Source: Blasia pusilla
Taxonomy: Eukaryota
NCBI GenBank assembly: GCA_050084515.1
Contig: CM114271.1
Location: 8,742,001-8,806,000 of the forward strand
Length of the DNA: 64,000 nucleotides
Direction: 5' to 3'
In this document: piece after piece, positions 1-13,061 of the stretch
Position numbering within the stretch: the stretch's first letter is position 1
Layout: each line of letters begins with the position of its first letter
The notes under the pieces: model-generated
Told to the model about the DNA's origin: nothing
Databases searched by the model: none
The model's input: the letters and a program-made list of their open reading frames with translations, nothing else
Translations under genes and position numbers: made by a program

Positions 1-1445
1 AGAGAGAAGAATGTTTGAGCAAGCAGCATCATACATATGTACTGGTACAGATGTTCGTGATGATCGCCTAGGATGAAAAGATGTGGGCAGATGTCCCATG
101 GATTTCTCTAAAGCAACAGCACCTGTTTCTTTTGAAGTATCTCCCACTATTTCAGTATTTGTCTGAACTGTAGTTTTTCTTACTGCTTTAGGGACAGTTA
201 TCAGTTCAGAGTTTTCTACTGGGAAATAATAAAAAAATGGAGAGTAAGTAGAGTGAAAAACAGGAGAGAAGGAGAAAGGAGTATCTTCATTGAAGACAAC
301 ATCTTTGCTGAGAAAAACACGTTTTGTATTGGGATTGAAAAGTTTATAACATCTAGAACCAATCTGATAACCAAGGAATATACATTCTTCACCCATAGAA
401 TCCATCTTTCTTCTTCTCTCAGCTGGAATGAGAGCAAATGCTTGACATCCAAACACTCGAAGATGTGTGAGAGTAGGTTTGAGACCACTCCAAGCTTCAG
501 AAGGTGTTGTTGAAAGAGTTTGAGTAGGACTCAAGTTGCGAAGATAGTTAGCTGTAACAATTGCTTCTCCCCAAAATGATATAGGAAGGCGCATGTGAAT
601 GAGCATACATCTTTCCGTTTCCTGTAGTGTGCGGTTGAGTCTTTCAGCAGATCCATTCTGCATAGGAGAATCTCTTCCTGTGCGTTGATGAAGAATACCA
701 AAAGTCTGAAGAAAAACTTGGAAAGAAGAGTCTATGTATTCACCACCTCCATCTGTTCTGAGAACACGAATCTGGAGGCCAGTTTCTTTCTCAACCATGA
801 TTTTGAACTTCTGGAATGTAGAAAAGACATCTGACTTCTTGTGAAGAATATAGACAAAGGATTTCTTTGTATATTGGTCAAGAAAAGTACAGAAATAGTA
901 GGCGTTTCCAATACTGGGTGTCTTCATTGGTCCTGCCAGATCACTGTGAATCAGATCTAGAGCCTTTTGAACTGGAAGATCTTGTCCATCTCCTGTGATA
1001 TGTTGCCTGATGAGCTTGCCTTTAGCACAGCTTGTACAGAAATTGAGATCATTGACATGATCTAGACCTTGAACCATTTTCTTTTGATGTAGTTGCAATA
1101 AATGCTGATTGTTGAGATGTCCCATACGATTGTGCCAGAGGTTGGATGAACTTCTGGCTATCAAAATTGTCGATGGAGTACAAGGTTGACATTCAATTAG
1201 ATACATGCCATGCCTGGCAAAACCTGTACCTAAACAATGACCTTGCTTGATGAGTTCAAAAGACATATTGTGAGAATAGAAAAGGGTATCTATAGAGTTT
1301 TCAGCAAGTTTCTTCACAGAAACAATATTGTGCTGTCCTGTAGGAATGAACAGAACATTGGAAAGAGTATGTAATTCGAAAGAGCCTTTGACAAAAAGCT
1401 TTAATTGAACATTCCCAGTAGCTGTAGCATATATTTTGCCATTGC
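1..1445 (-). pseudogene. Ty1/copia pol: GAG-pre-integrase and integrase core, running off the window start; frameshifted relative to the gag-protease ORF
   Basis: Manual minus-strand translation gives LWHNRMGHL (~1110-1140), LDLIHSDLAGPM (~925-960), IRVLRTDGGGEY (~735-775) and QNGSAERLNRTL (~625-660), which are canonical copia integrase motifs. Confidence 0.9.
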
Positions 1446-2558
1446 CTATTCCAGAAATGAGAATGGAGAAATAGGAAGGAAATTAGAGAACAGTTCTCTT
1501 TGACAGCAAACATGGGAATTTGAACCAGAATCAAGGATCCAAAGTTTGGAAAGATCTGGGAAAATAGATGTAGAGGATCTTTGTATCATAAACAGATAGA
1601 GTGGTTCATCTGGTTGTAGTTCCTCAGATGTGGAGCATGTTAATGCTTGAGTGATAGGTGAAGTATTGAGTAGTAAAGATGAGGTATCTTCTGGTTGAGT
1701 TTTGCAGAACTCACGGAATTTCTTGAGAAATTTTCTGTTAGGACATTTGCTAGAGATGTGATCTTTCTCATTACAAATGTAACAGTAAGGCTGTTTTCCA
1801 TTCCTCTGAGGAATGTTTCTTTGATACTGAGTAGATATAGACTGAAATGGACGTTTCCTGGTAGAATTATTAATAGAATTGGAAACTAGAATACTTTCAA
1901 AATTGGAAGGTTTATCTAGTTCAGAATCATACAATACTCCAGTTTGAAGATCGTCAAAAGAAGGTTTATCTTTCTGCATCAATACGTGAATGAGAGATTT
2001 GTATTCAGCAGGAAGTCTGCTAATAGCAAAAGTGAATAGAGATGTGTCTGAAACAGGAGATCCTTTGGATGCAAGATTATTTGCAATAATCTTGAGTTGT
2101 GACAGAAAATCTCGAGATGATCTGCAAGATTCAACAGTGAGTTTGTACATGGATGCTTGTAAGTGTAGTACAGAGAATGAACCTGTCGTATCATAACTGC
2201 GACATAGGCAGGCCCATACTTCTTGAGCTGTATGAAGATGTTCTGTTAGAGCCAGAGGTTCTCCTGTCAAATGTAAACAAATCAGAGAGCGAGCCTGACT
2301 TTCTAACTTTTCATTCTGCTGAATAGTCCGTGTTTGAAGTATACGTTGACGAACATATACTTGAGGTGCTGTATCTGCAGTTTCAGAAGGAGAGGTAGGT
2401 GACGCATCTGACACGGATGTATTATATACTCTTTTAACAACTGCGTCCCATAAATCTCTGTAAACAAGAAGATTGTAAACACGATTCTTCCACTCTTTCC
2501 AGTTAGAACCATCAAAGATTCCAACATGGAAACCATCGTGATTCCCATTCAGGCCCAT
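1446..2558 (-). CDS. Ty1/copia gag plus aspartic protease
   Basis: 370-aa ORF with FDGSNWKEWK and LWDAV (copia gag N-terminus), RLPAEY, the zinc knuckle CYICNEKDHISSKC and the protease motif WILDSGSNSH. Confidence 0.92.
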   Translation of the reverse strand: MGLNGNHDGFHVGIFDGSNWKEWKNRVYNLLVYRDLWDAVVKRVYNTSVSDASPTSPSETADTAPQVYVRQRILQTRTIQQNEKLESQARSLICLHLTGEPLALTEHLHTAQEVWACLCRSYDTTGSFSVLHLQASMYKLTVESCRSSRDFLSQLKIIANNLASKGSPVSDTSLFTFAISRLPAEYKSLIHVLMQKDKPSFDDLQTGVLYDSELDKPSNFESILVSNSINNSTRKRPFQSISTQYQRNIPQRNGKQPYCYICNEKDHISSKCPNRKFLKKFREFCKTQPEDTSSLLLNTSPITQALTCSTSEELQPDEPLYLFMIQRSSTSIFPDLSKLWILDSGSNSHVCCQRELFSNFLPISPFSFLE

Positions 2559-2562
2559 AACC
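2549..2562 (-). other. Primer binding site of the half-tRNA-iMet type
   Basis: Minus strand reads GGTTATGGGCCTGA directly after the LTR end (...TTTAACA), resembling the GGTTATGGGCCCAG site of Drosophila copia. Confidence 0.75.
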
Positions 2563-2915
2563 TGTTAAACTATATGAGAGATGTAGACACAATGGTAATG
2601 ATACAATGGTAAAGCTGCGACTAAGCTTAATGGAGAACTTCAAACCTGATGTTTATTCAAGCCCCAGATTATATACTAATCTGGATATTGGCTAGAGACA
2701 AGATAGTCTGAGTGGCAAAGTGACCAAGTGACCAAGTGGCCAAGTGACCAAGTGACCAAGTGGCCAAGTGACCAAGTGGCCAAGTGGCCAGCTGACCAAG
2801 TGGCCAAGTGACCCTTTTAGCTTAGATGTCGGACTGCTAAGAGTAGCAGCATTTAGGTAGTTCCTTTAACACATTTTAAGTCGAACACCTTTATCTAAAA
2901 TGTATTTATCTAACA
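2563..2915 (-). repeat. 5' LTR of the copia element (outer edge at either 2871 or 2915)
   Basis: Begins TGTTAAA on the plus strand next to the PBS; candidate inverted ends are TTTAACA (2871) and TCTAACA (2915). Confidence 0.7.
2718..2813. repeat. 8-bp tandem repeat AAGTG(A/G)CC, about 12 units, inside the LTR
   Basis: Directly visible: aagtgacc aagtgacc aagtggcc ... Confidence 0.95.
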
Positions 2916-5696
2916 CTAACTGTTATTGCAAATTGAATCATTGAAACAGATGGATGTAGGAGTTGGGTCTTTTGTGGTTGCTAATGGCCTTGTCTCAAGG
3001 CAAGCGCGGAATTTGCCTCCTTCGTATGTACTCCTCTACATTGTTTGGCATCTGCTTGTGTTCTTGTGTGCATTGTGATCTGCAACTAGAGTAGTATACG
3101 GTTGTAGACTACAGGTTTCTGCAAGCTGTTTATTCCTGTTCAAATATTCTAGCCTGATCTTCCAAGTACCATCTAGTACGGGCGTTTGTGGCAAATAAAC
3201 TGGTCAATTTAGTCATAAAGATGTTGATGTGATGGAGCCGTCAACACAGGAAATATGGAGGAGTACTTCGTAACACAAGCCCTCTTCTTTTGATTGGGTT
3301 TACTAGACTCGTCTTAACCAAAGGGGTTGACTATCAGGTGATAATATCACCACCTCACTTGGATTCAAGCTGAGTTTATTTGTAGCACTTGTTTGCAATC
3401 GTAAATAACTTGAGTTTAGCCATGGATACATGGTTTTTCCCCACTGTTTTGTGAAATATTCTCGTTTGTGACTCCATTCTTTTTGAATGCAGTTGCATGT
3501 AGCTGAGTATGGAGTACATTGGAATTTTTTCTTCACTTTAGCAGCCGTGGCACTCCTGACATCTGTTATCCACGTTCCTGCCTCAAAATGTGGGAGTTTA
3601 GGCATCATCATACTTGCAGGTACAGCTGGTAATTGATTTTTTTTTGTTTTGTTTCAATTGATGGATGTTGGAAGTGCTTGTGTGGGAGATAAAGCTTGCC
3701 ACACATCTTCTGCTCTGTAGCTGTGCTTTCAAGGGAAGAGTTGTTTTTTTCCCAGCAGTTGCATAGAATTTTGCTCACTCTTTCATGAACGTCAACTATC
3801 CAATAAATACGAAGTGGTTTTACTGAGTTTGTTTCCATTTGATTATGTATGTGTGTCAGCTTATCAAGCAATCCTGTCATATGGATTAAATAAGCATCTC
3901 TTATCAGATGAGCGTGGCCCCGGGTTGATCAGTCTCAACAAGGAAGGTGTCTACAGCATTTTTGGTGATGTCTTGACCCATATCATGAGTGATGTTCAAC
4001 TATTGTGTGTGTTTCATCCTGTTGGTGGAAGAAAATAAAGATTGAAGAAACTTGACTTTGAATTCTTGGCAGGATATTGGAGCTTGTACCTCATCAGTGT
4101 CCAATTGGGTCACTACTTTTGCAATCTCCCGGACATATCTTCTTGCCAAGGCCATGAAATTTCAAGTGATGTCAAAAGAAGCATCGCAACTCGGTGGTGG
4201 ATTATAGTCGATGTCTGGCTTCTTAATGCCATTTTCTGGTAGCTTGCCTTTCAAGGACCTGTTCATGCCTCTGATTTCCTATTTCAACTGTCTGTGACCT
4301 CCATGGGGATGTAGCCAGGATCAGCCAACACAATATGATAAATGTAGCCAAATGCTTTGTCAAATAAGTATAGTCCTACGTCTAGAGAGGCAAACTCTTG
4401 CATTTGGTGGGACTGATTTGCTCTTTTTCTGTCTACAGGCTGCTTACAATTTTTGCGGATGAGTTCATTGAAAGAGTTTCTCGCCGCATGGTATGACTGA
4501 TCTGCAGGCCGAACTTAGCCACTGCTTGGTTTACTGTTGAATGCCCCTGTGTTTTTCTTTACTCTTTATTGTTGCATCATTTGGCTTGTGTGATTGAAAT
4601 GCCTATAGGATGCATTCAATGGATTTTTTTTCGTGGGAGAAAAATTAAACACAAAAAAATTGAAAAGAAATTCGCAAGTTGTCTGCGAGTTAGACTCCCA
4701 AACTATATTGCGTCTGCATTGTAGCCCAATTAGAAGTTAAGCAACCGTTAGGTGGGGTTAATCTAATGAGATCTCCAGGATATGGATTGGCTTCGTTCTT
4801 CAAGTTTGTCTTGTGCCTTGGACATCATCTTTCTTGTCATGTTTCTGTCCCTTGAGCAAGACTCTTGTTCTATATGGAGTACTTGTTGACCTGCCACACC
4901 TATGAAGTGACAGTTTTAAACGGTAAAAAACTGGGATCACAGTTTAGCTAGACAGTTTTGAGCCCAATCTAATTGGGTCAGCGGAAAATGTTTCAGGTGT
5001 GTGGTTGTGAAATTGATCCATGAAGGGTTCTACCTATACTATCCAATTCTAACCATTTGTCTTCGTCATTTGCAGTGCAATCTTGCATATGTGCTATTTG
5101 TGCTTGCTCAGAACCTTGAGGTACCTCATTGTAGGTTTTATCAAATACATCTATGCTGAGTGTCAGGGCTTTGGACACCTTACTGTCATGTCGAATGGAG
5201 AACACCCGTTTATGAAGTAAATTTAGACTTCAAAAATTGATGAATGAGCATCTTTGGGCTCTGCAAAATCTCAAGTTATCTCATTATAGTTTTGATTGGT
5301 ATCAAGTATATCTATGCTGAGTGTCGGTGCTGTCTGTGGACACATTGCTGTAATGTTGAATGGAGAACACTGGTCTGGAAAGTAGAGGCAGTCTTGACAA
5401 ATGACTGCCTTCTGGCTCTACAGGTGACCGCAATATTTCTCACAATGGATTCACTTATCCCATCAAAGTACCAAATGCGGCTTTTACAAATCTTTGATCA
5501 CAATATGCTCGCCACCTTTCTATGGGTATGTTCACAACCCTTTCTGCTTGGTCCTTGGCTGTTGATGGTTTGACAGGTGGGTTTTAAAATTCAGTCATAT
5601 TTGAAGGATTGAAATAATTTCTGGTTCAGATCTGCTTCGAATTGAGTTTTGCTCATGTAGAGGAGTATGTGATAGACTCTATTACCAACATAGCTA

Positions 5697-5857
5697 CAGA
5701 GACTGTACTTGTTAAGTAGCGCCTGTCATAGCCTGGTGACCATAAACTCCATGCCCTGTTTGGACAGTGCTTGAGACTGAGATGGGTGTAGAAAGAGGAA
5801 GAAGTGAAGAAGATACCATTCGAGAGGAGGGAGACACTCTCATATAGTGTGAGTGCC
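5697..5857. repeat. ~160-bp dispersed direct repeat; second copy at ~8292-8452
   Basis: agagactgtact...gcctgtc.tagcc...gcttgagactg...ctcatatagtgtgagtgc is present at both sites with substitutions. Confidence 0.8.
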
Positions 5858-6574
5858 AACCGTACAGAGTAGTGTTGCGGAGATTTCTAGTGTCAACCAG
5901 GAAGCTCTTTATGACATCATCTACCTTACCTGATTGGGATCCCCAATACACAAAACTTACCAGTGCAGCAGCTTTGGGTAGTGAATTAGTTTGCTGAATG
6001 TGTTACCAGCTTAGCAATATCAGCATGTGCCCTTGCTCTGTGTTATGAATTTTGTGCAGGAGATCACATAGTGACTAGAGGTATCATCCCCATCATCACA
6101 CAAGCTGCAACAGTTTACTTGCGTTTCCATCCTGCTTTTCTTGTGGTTCAAGGTTCCTGTCCTAAACTTGAACGTAAGCTGGGTTCCCGTAAATAGTTCT
6201 TCAGTTCTGCTTGCTCAGGATATACAGTCAAGAGAGAGACCATTTTCATGGTCTCCTCTCTGCTGTTCTGCTGTGAGCGTTTGCCCACTGCTTTGGTTAT
6301 GGTTAACGATTTGTGGATACCATAACCAAAGCAGTGGGTTTCTCATCTTGCTCCCACTGTTCAGGCCCCGCTGGACCTTGGTTGCTTGCACAATCTCTTG
6401 AAACCTTTTTGTCCAAGATTTGGCTTCACTGGCCTTCTCTGGGTTCGAAATTTTCCCATTTCCGCTTTAGGATAGGGATGAGAATCCATTGCCTGGAGGT
6501 GCCTCCGCCATTTCAACTTTGCAATTTCATGTCTATCCTCCAGGGTTTCCACTCCAAGTTCTGATCTCCCACTA

Positions 6575-7475
6575 ACTCTGGTCGTTTGTGAGGAAGCCTA
6601 AAACCTGTACCTTTGTTTGGTGTTGGCATCCCACACCGGTGCGCCATATTCCAATGAAGGATGAATGGTATGCAGAATAAGCTCATTCACAAGCTCATCA
6701 TAACTGCCTGCTTAGTGGTTCACAAGCGTTGATTGTTGCTCCTACCTCAGCCAAGCAGAACCAATTGTTGTATGGGAGTCAATGTGAACCTCTTCAAGAA
6801 AGGGGAACGCAGAACCAATTGCAGGTTCATCCTTCATTGGAATATGTGCAGAACAATGTGAACTCTGGTCGTTTGTGAGGAAGCCTAAAACCTGTACCTT
6901 TGTTTGGTGTTGGCATCCCACACTGGTGCGCCATATTCCAATGAAGGATGAATGGTATGCAGAATAAGCTCATTCACAAGCTCATCATAACTGATGATGG
7001 CTACTGCTTCTTCTTGAGGTTCAAGAAGAAGCAGTAGGTGGGTTTCCCTCTTTTTTCCTACCCTGGACAATCTGACTGAAGGTGAAGATGTGATCCACGC
7101 ATCCTCGGGCCTGTCAGAAACGGGCATGGCCTTCCTTGATGACAGTATTCTCCTTCAGATACACGGAGATCCTACTGTTACGTATACAGCAAAGGAGATT
7201 TCAGACTACATGCAGCAATGTAACCCCCTGTAGTTGCCAGCGTCTTGGCGTTCCCCTTTCTTGAAGAGGTTCACATTGACTCCCACCGGCCACCTTTGTG
7301 GAATGACTTCTGCCTACCAGAACAGGTTGAAGAGACTCACTAGAGAATGAGCCATAGCAACATCGCCATACTTCAATAGCTCATTCACAAGCTCATCATA
7401 TCTGCCTGCTTAGTGGTTCACAAGCGTTGATTGTTGCTCCTACCTCAGCCAAGCAGAACCAATTGTTGTATGGGT
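6575..7475. repeat. Scrambled local duplications including a non-LTR retrotransposon C-terminal fragment
   Basis: 6575-6705 is nearly identical to 6861-6993; 6680-6775 matches 7378-7473; the minus strand encodes LEYGAPVWD, similar to the LEY..VW motif downstream of LINE RT. Confidence 0.6.
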
Positions 7476-8899
7476 TGCACTGCTCAACGACATCGTCTAC
7501 CTTGTCCTGTTGTATCTTAACAAAATCCTCCACCACCTTCTCAAAGTTCTGCTCTTCAGGAGGTCTCTGATGGGGCTCCCTGCCTAACTCATCATAATGG
7601 TCTTCCAACACTTCTCGAATTTGCTTAGCAATGGTCACCATCCCACTGTCTTTTCTCTTCAGGGCCTTACGTCATTTTTTAACCTGGGCTTCCTCAGTTT
7701 CTGCACTTTCTTCCAGAACTTTTTCGGATTCGCAGTGAAGTTCTCATTGATGGGTGTGTAGGTAGCTTGGTTCAATTTCTTCTTGTTCATATGTAGCAGG
7801 CTTTGAGTTTCCTTGTCCAGGGCCACATACTCTGCCCAAAAAGTTGCGTCGTTCTTGGCCTTGGCACATACGAAGTAAAAGTTGAAATCAGAATTCTGCT
7901 TCTTTCAGATCTCACTTTTAAAACTTTAAAAGCATAGAAAGATAGTAGATCCCGACAGGATCTTCCACTCAACCATGTACATGAAGGTAATCACTCACAA
8001 ACCTGAAAGAGCAAATCTGAAATGGATTGCATGTAGAACTAGTCTGCAACTTCTATTGTGAACTGAGTGCTTGGCAAAGCAACACCTCATTAGAATACAC
8101 AAGACCTGAAGAGAGGTGGTTGAAACCAAGATGCAGGACTATGTGGTATTTTGATTCTTGGAGCATTCTCCACACCAACACACATTCCTTCTTAGTTGAT
8201 CAAGGCACCAGCAGGGTTCAGGTATGTAGGTGCTAATCTCAAGACACACTACCTTCGAGGGCAGGAGTAGAAGTGAATCAAAGAAGTAGGAAAGAGACTG
8301 TACTAATTAAGTAGTGCCTGTCGTAGCCTTGCGACCATAGACCCCGCGCCCTGGTTGGACGGTGCTTGAGACTGGGATGGCTGTAGAGAGAGAAGCAAGT
8401 GAAGAAGGTACCATATGAGAGGAGGGAGACAATCTCATATAGTGTGAGTGCTAAGTAGGAAAGAGAGAGAGAGAGTTATAGTTTCCTAGAAGGGACTAAC
8501 TGAAGGGAAGGTGGAAGGGCCAGCACAACAGGGGCAGCCCAGCACACCATGAGCACAATTAATATAACCAGAACTAACAAGAATGGTTAAGAGATAACTA
8601 GTTATCTAACTGAACTGAGAGACTTGTAACTATGGTGAGCTTCCAACCATAGTCTGAAGAACTAACCATAGTTAAAACTAAATAAAAAACAATGGAGGAA
8701 AGATTTAGAATAGCAGACAATTTTATATGAAATCCTAAAACCAAGGACCACAAATTGTTGGCTCTGCTACATATAATTTATTTCTTGCCGGAAGCAATCT
8801 CAGCGGCATCTGTCACTCCATGCTAGTATGTCCACAGTCATTCTCGTAAACTCAAAGGATCTTGACGGTAGATTCAATTAAAGTGTTAAATGCTAAGAG

Positions 8900-9764
8900 A
8901 TTTTCTATCATCTTATCGCTGTACAGCTTCTTGTTCGCTCATCTTGGAAGTCCTCTATCCTCCATTTCGTGATCACTCCACTGATTTGGACAAGGCTCTT
9001 AGTCTTTGTTGCAATTTTGTCCAGACCAGTGAATGATCTGATCTTCCAATGTCTCTGGCATCCACCGTGATTTTCCCTTGGAGTGTGTAGAGTTCCTCAT
9101 CCACAGCTATGTATTCCACAATTTAGCTTTCATTACTCTTGAAGTTTATCCTCGTCCAAGAAGGGGAGCCCACCTTATGCCTATCATTCAATGCCATCGA
9201 TTGAAGTTCAGCCTGATCAGCCTTTTGCCATTGCCATTCACTCATATCTCCAAACAACCCAATCTCCGTCTAGTGGTCAGTGCCTTGCCACACCCAACTG
9301 TTGAAGTCTCCTAGCAGGACTATGTTCCTCTTTGTCTAGATCTGAAGGCATTCACTTTTCACACTATCAAACACTGCCTATTTTACAGCAGCAGCTTCAC
9401 TGTTTGTGGTCAATCCAAAACCAATGTACCTATCTCTTGAGTTGCACTCTGCTTGGACTTTGACCTATAGGCTATGTTCATACTCTATCCCTGAGCTGAT
9501 GATCTCACACCTGTCCACCATGAAGTCTCTAATGAAGAAGCCGACACCTTTCATACCTCTGTTGTTGTCGGCCTGTGTGCTGCACATCTTTCCAAACGGT
9601 GCATGGTGCAGTAAAAGGGGTTCCTCCATTAACGTGGTTTCCCAAGTTTCCTGACCACCACAGACCTGGATTTGATTTTTCAGCAAAACATCAGCAACCT
9701 CACGCTGCGTCATTGGATATGTCAGTCCACAAAAGTTCCAGGTACCCAAACAGAGACTTGTCAC
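8900..9764 (-). pseudogene. LINE-type apurinic endonuclease remnant
   Basis: ORF 9465-9764 has LGTWNFCGL, GQETW and KGVGFF; a downstream frame has DFNARVG and NGNGKRL. These are APE-domain motifs, interrupted by stops. Confidence 0.7.
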
Positions 9765-12700
9765 TAAGTGGGTTGGGGTTTGGCATGCACGTTTTTGGCG
9801 TTGGTGTCACTGTTTTGTAACATGGAGCCTCTTCATGTGCAGGCTCTTCCCTGGAGAGCACAAAATATGTTGGGTGTGTAGATCATCAGAGGCTGTGTGG
9901 AGATGGGCCTGTCCTTCAAGCTAGAATCACCCTCAACTACCATAGCCCTCCAATTGTAGGCGCGTCTCAAGTCCTGAGACACCTGGTTTTTTGTGGCAAA
10001 CCAAGTATTGGTGTGCTTTGCCCTTGATAGTTGCCTTGAAGATGCATTCATGGCGGTTCATCATCCGGGTAATCCCAGGTGTAGCCAGGATTTCAAAGCC
10101 CAACGCTGCACACATAATCTTAAATGAAACAAAGTCCTCTGTTGGACGTTTACCGCAAATGATCATGTGAAGCGGTGGTCTCCTCCCACAGACCAATTGA
10201 AACTCTGTGTCTAGATTCAGATATGCTGAAGTTTGGCAAACAACAGATTTAAGGTCTGGAGAATGTTTAAGCTTCCAGCCCAAGAGTTTAGACAGGACTC
10301 TCAGGCTAAAGAACATGTGGTCCCAACATACAAGGACTGTTAGAACTCAAAGTTTTGGGGTTAACACCCAACCAGGTTTATACCCAACTATAGCTATAGA
10401 GATCTGGGTTGATAGGTCATTGTTATTTTGCAGGTTATTCAGAGATGAATACACATAAAGGCTTATATTTGATGGACAATCTGTGCTTGGTATGGGGCCA
10501 GTGTTTGTCGGATCTGGTTTTGTCCGATCTCCAGTCTTTTTCGTCCTCCCAGTATCTTGGCAAGTTTAAATTGAATCCATTCTAATGAGGAAAGGATGTG
10601 TTTTCTATTGTTTTTGGTGTGATCGCTTCAGGCGAACATTCTCACAGGCCTGGTTAACATGAGCATGGAGACCATCTTTGCAACGACTCCCATGGCCTTG
10701 ATTGCCTTGCTGGGGTACATTCTACTTTTGGTTGGCGGAATGGCTATGGTGGAGGCCTATGGTGTGAAGGTTAAGTTTTGGTGAGCCAGCCAAATGTATG
10801 GTGTGTGGATGATGGAATCTGCCCACATCCAATAGAAACCTAGAGCACTCAATGTAAGACATGCACCTTCCTTTGCTCAATTTAGTTGTTAGGTGAGAAT
10901 ATTAGTTTTTTTAGTGTGAGATCTATGGCTGGTGGGCATTTTTTGCTGTATAGCAAAGCAGCCAAAAGTTACGCAGGAATTTCTGTTCAGGAGTCCAGAT
11001 GCGTGGATTGCTACTTGCAAAAGTTCAAATTAGGCAGCTGTCTGATTTAGAGGATCTAGTGTCCCACATTTCTTTGGTGAGTTTTGAGGCTGTCCACTGG
11101 CTGGGCTTTAGGTTGTGGTTGATCACCAGTCCTAGTTTTTTCAGCCCCTTGACTTAAGTCTCTTGTACCCAATCAAGATGTACATAAAGTTTTGTGGTGG
11201 TTATTTTGCATTCAATAATGCACACCCATCTGAAGAAGATACTCAAATCTGGTTGATGAAATCTTTTCATCAGGAGTCTTCAACGGAAGATTACGATTAG
11301 ACCTCATCTGGGTTGCCGTATTGACCTAATCATGATAGGTGCAATACAATTGCTGCAGAAGCTTGACTAGTTATTGTACAATATAGTATAATATATCTGT
11401 ATTGAGACTAAGGAAAGCCTTTGATATGCTATGTTAGTTTGCTATTGTGTAGGCAACAGATTGAAGGGATGGGATGATGCATTAGGCCAATGTTGGTCCC
11501 ACTTGCTCCACTAATTTCCAACCACCCTTCTGAAAGGACATAGGGAGCATTTACAACGCCGTTCTCGGTAGGAGATGGGGAGGATATACCAGCCTCGTGA
11601 CAATCCTATTGATTCCTGTTGTTCGAACTATAGGTTTCTAAAGATAGATGGACAATGATAATTCCCCCAACAGATGGCAAATTTATGCTTCAAATGAAGT
11701 ACTCGAGATCTACAAGGGTAGGCCTTTGGAGGTGATAGATCTCTTTTTACTTTTTCAAGTAGGTTGCGGGAGACGCCATTGCTAGAAGTTCTCTTTGTGA
11801 TAGCCAAGTATCTTGGAATGTAGTTTAGATGGTTTGTGTTGTTGGTGAGTTTAGTATGTAGGGGATTATCCCTCTTACTTCACCCTCGATTGCGCGGGGT
11901 TTGGGTGTTCTCTACTCTAAGAGTCCCCCATCTTCTTTTATTTAGGTCTTGTTTCCTTGCCCTTTATTGAGCCAGAAGCCAGAAGTGCTCATCATCTCCC
12001 CCTTTGTACATGGTGTCGTTTGGCCTATCTTTGATGACAAAACTTTGGCAGTCCTCGTCGCAAAAGCAACTTGTTGTGGACTTGTGGAATAGTCGAGCAA
12101 ATACGATGCTGACTTTTATTTTTTAGGATGTTAAAATTGTGAATGCTTGCCCTCTTGATTGAATATGTGCACATTATCTACCCAAAATCCATCGCTGCCT
12201 CCCAAATATTAGGAGAGCTTAAGAGTATGTGCAGGAGATCATGTCGCTCCACAACTTTATCAGGTAACCATTTCGGTAAAACTTGTGAAAATCTAAATCA
12301 AGGGAAAATGTGAAGGACTGTGATATGTGCGATTTCATGAAGAATGTTAATCGAATTGGGAAGACTTGTAATTATGGATTTAGTAGATTATGAGGGCTAA
12401 AATGACATATGCAGGGAAAGTTGTCGAACAATTCACTTTAACCTGCCCTTTTTTGGCTTAAACGATCATTTCTAAGAATTATTGGGTTATCATTTTCTTT
12501 TATTGCATTATTGTAGTAAATACGGAAGAAAGATTCAATTTAAGCAACCATATGAAATCTACATGTGGAAGCTTTGACTGAAGTACTTGAATGCCATAAG
12601 TGTAAATCGGATCAATTATGGATTGAATTGTGACTAAAAGTTATCTCTACGATCTCACGGGTAGGGAAAGGCATTTTCAAGTAAAGAAAAAGTTGGATGA

Positions 12701-12918
12701 AAAGGCAATGAAAATTTGCAAAGTTCTCCATATATTTGTTGACTATCTTCTATTGATACAATTTGAGTTGATTAAATTTATCCACAACTTTTTTCCACAA
12801 AGATTTTATTTTGTGCATATCCATTGCTTCACAATATACTCTTACATGATATACAACACAATATCAAACATACCCACGTCACATCCATATGTACAGCACG
12901 GCAAGAGAAGGTTATGCA

Positions 12919-13061
12919 ATGAAAATTAGATGGAAAACACATTGCTTTCTTATAACAATGAATAAAAATTGGACCAAACCTACCCTTAATATGAAATTAG
13001 ATGGAAGACACATTGCTCTCTAATAACAATGAATAAAAATTGGACCAAACCTACCCTTAAT
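12919..13061. repeat. ~72-bp tandem duplication
   Basis: atgaa(a)attagatggaa.acacattgct...ggaccaaacctacccttaat occurs twice head to tail. Confidence 0.9.

Noticed and set aside
3000-5600. Host protein-coding exons
   Set aside because: Only short ORFs with no recognisable motif or consistent splice pattern; a small exon cannot be fully excluded
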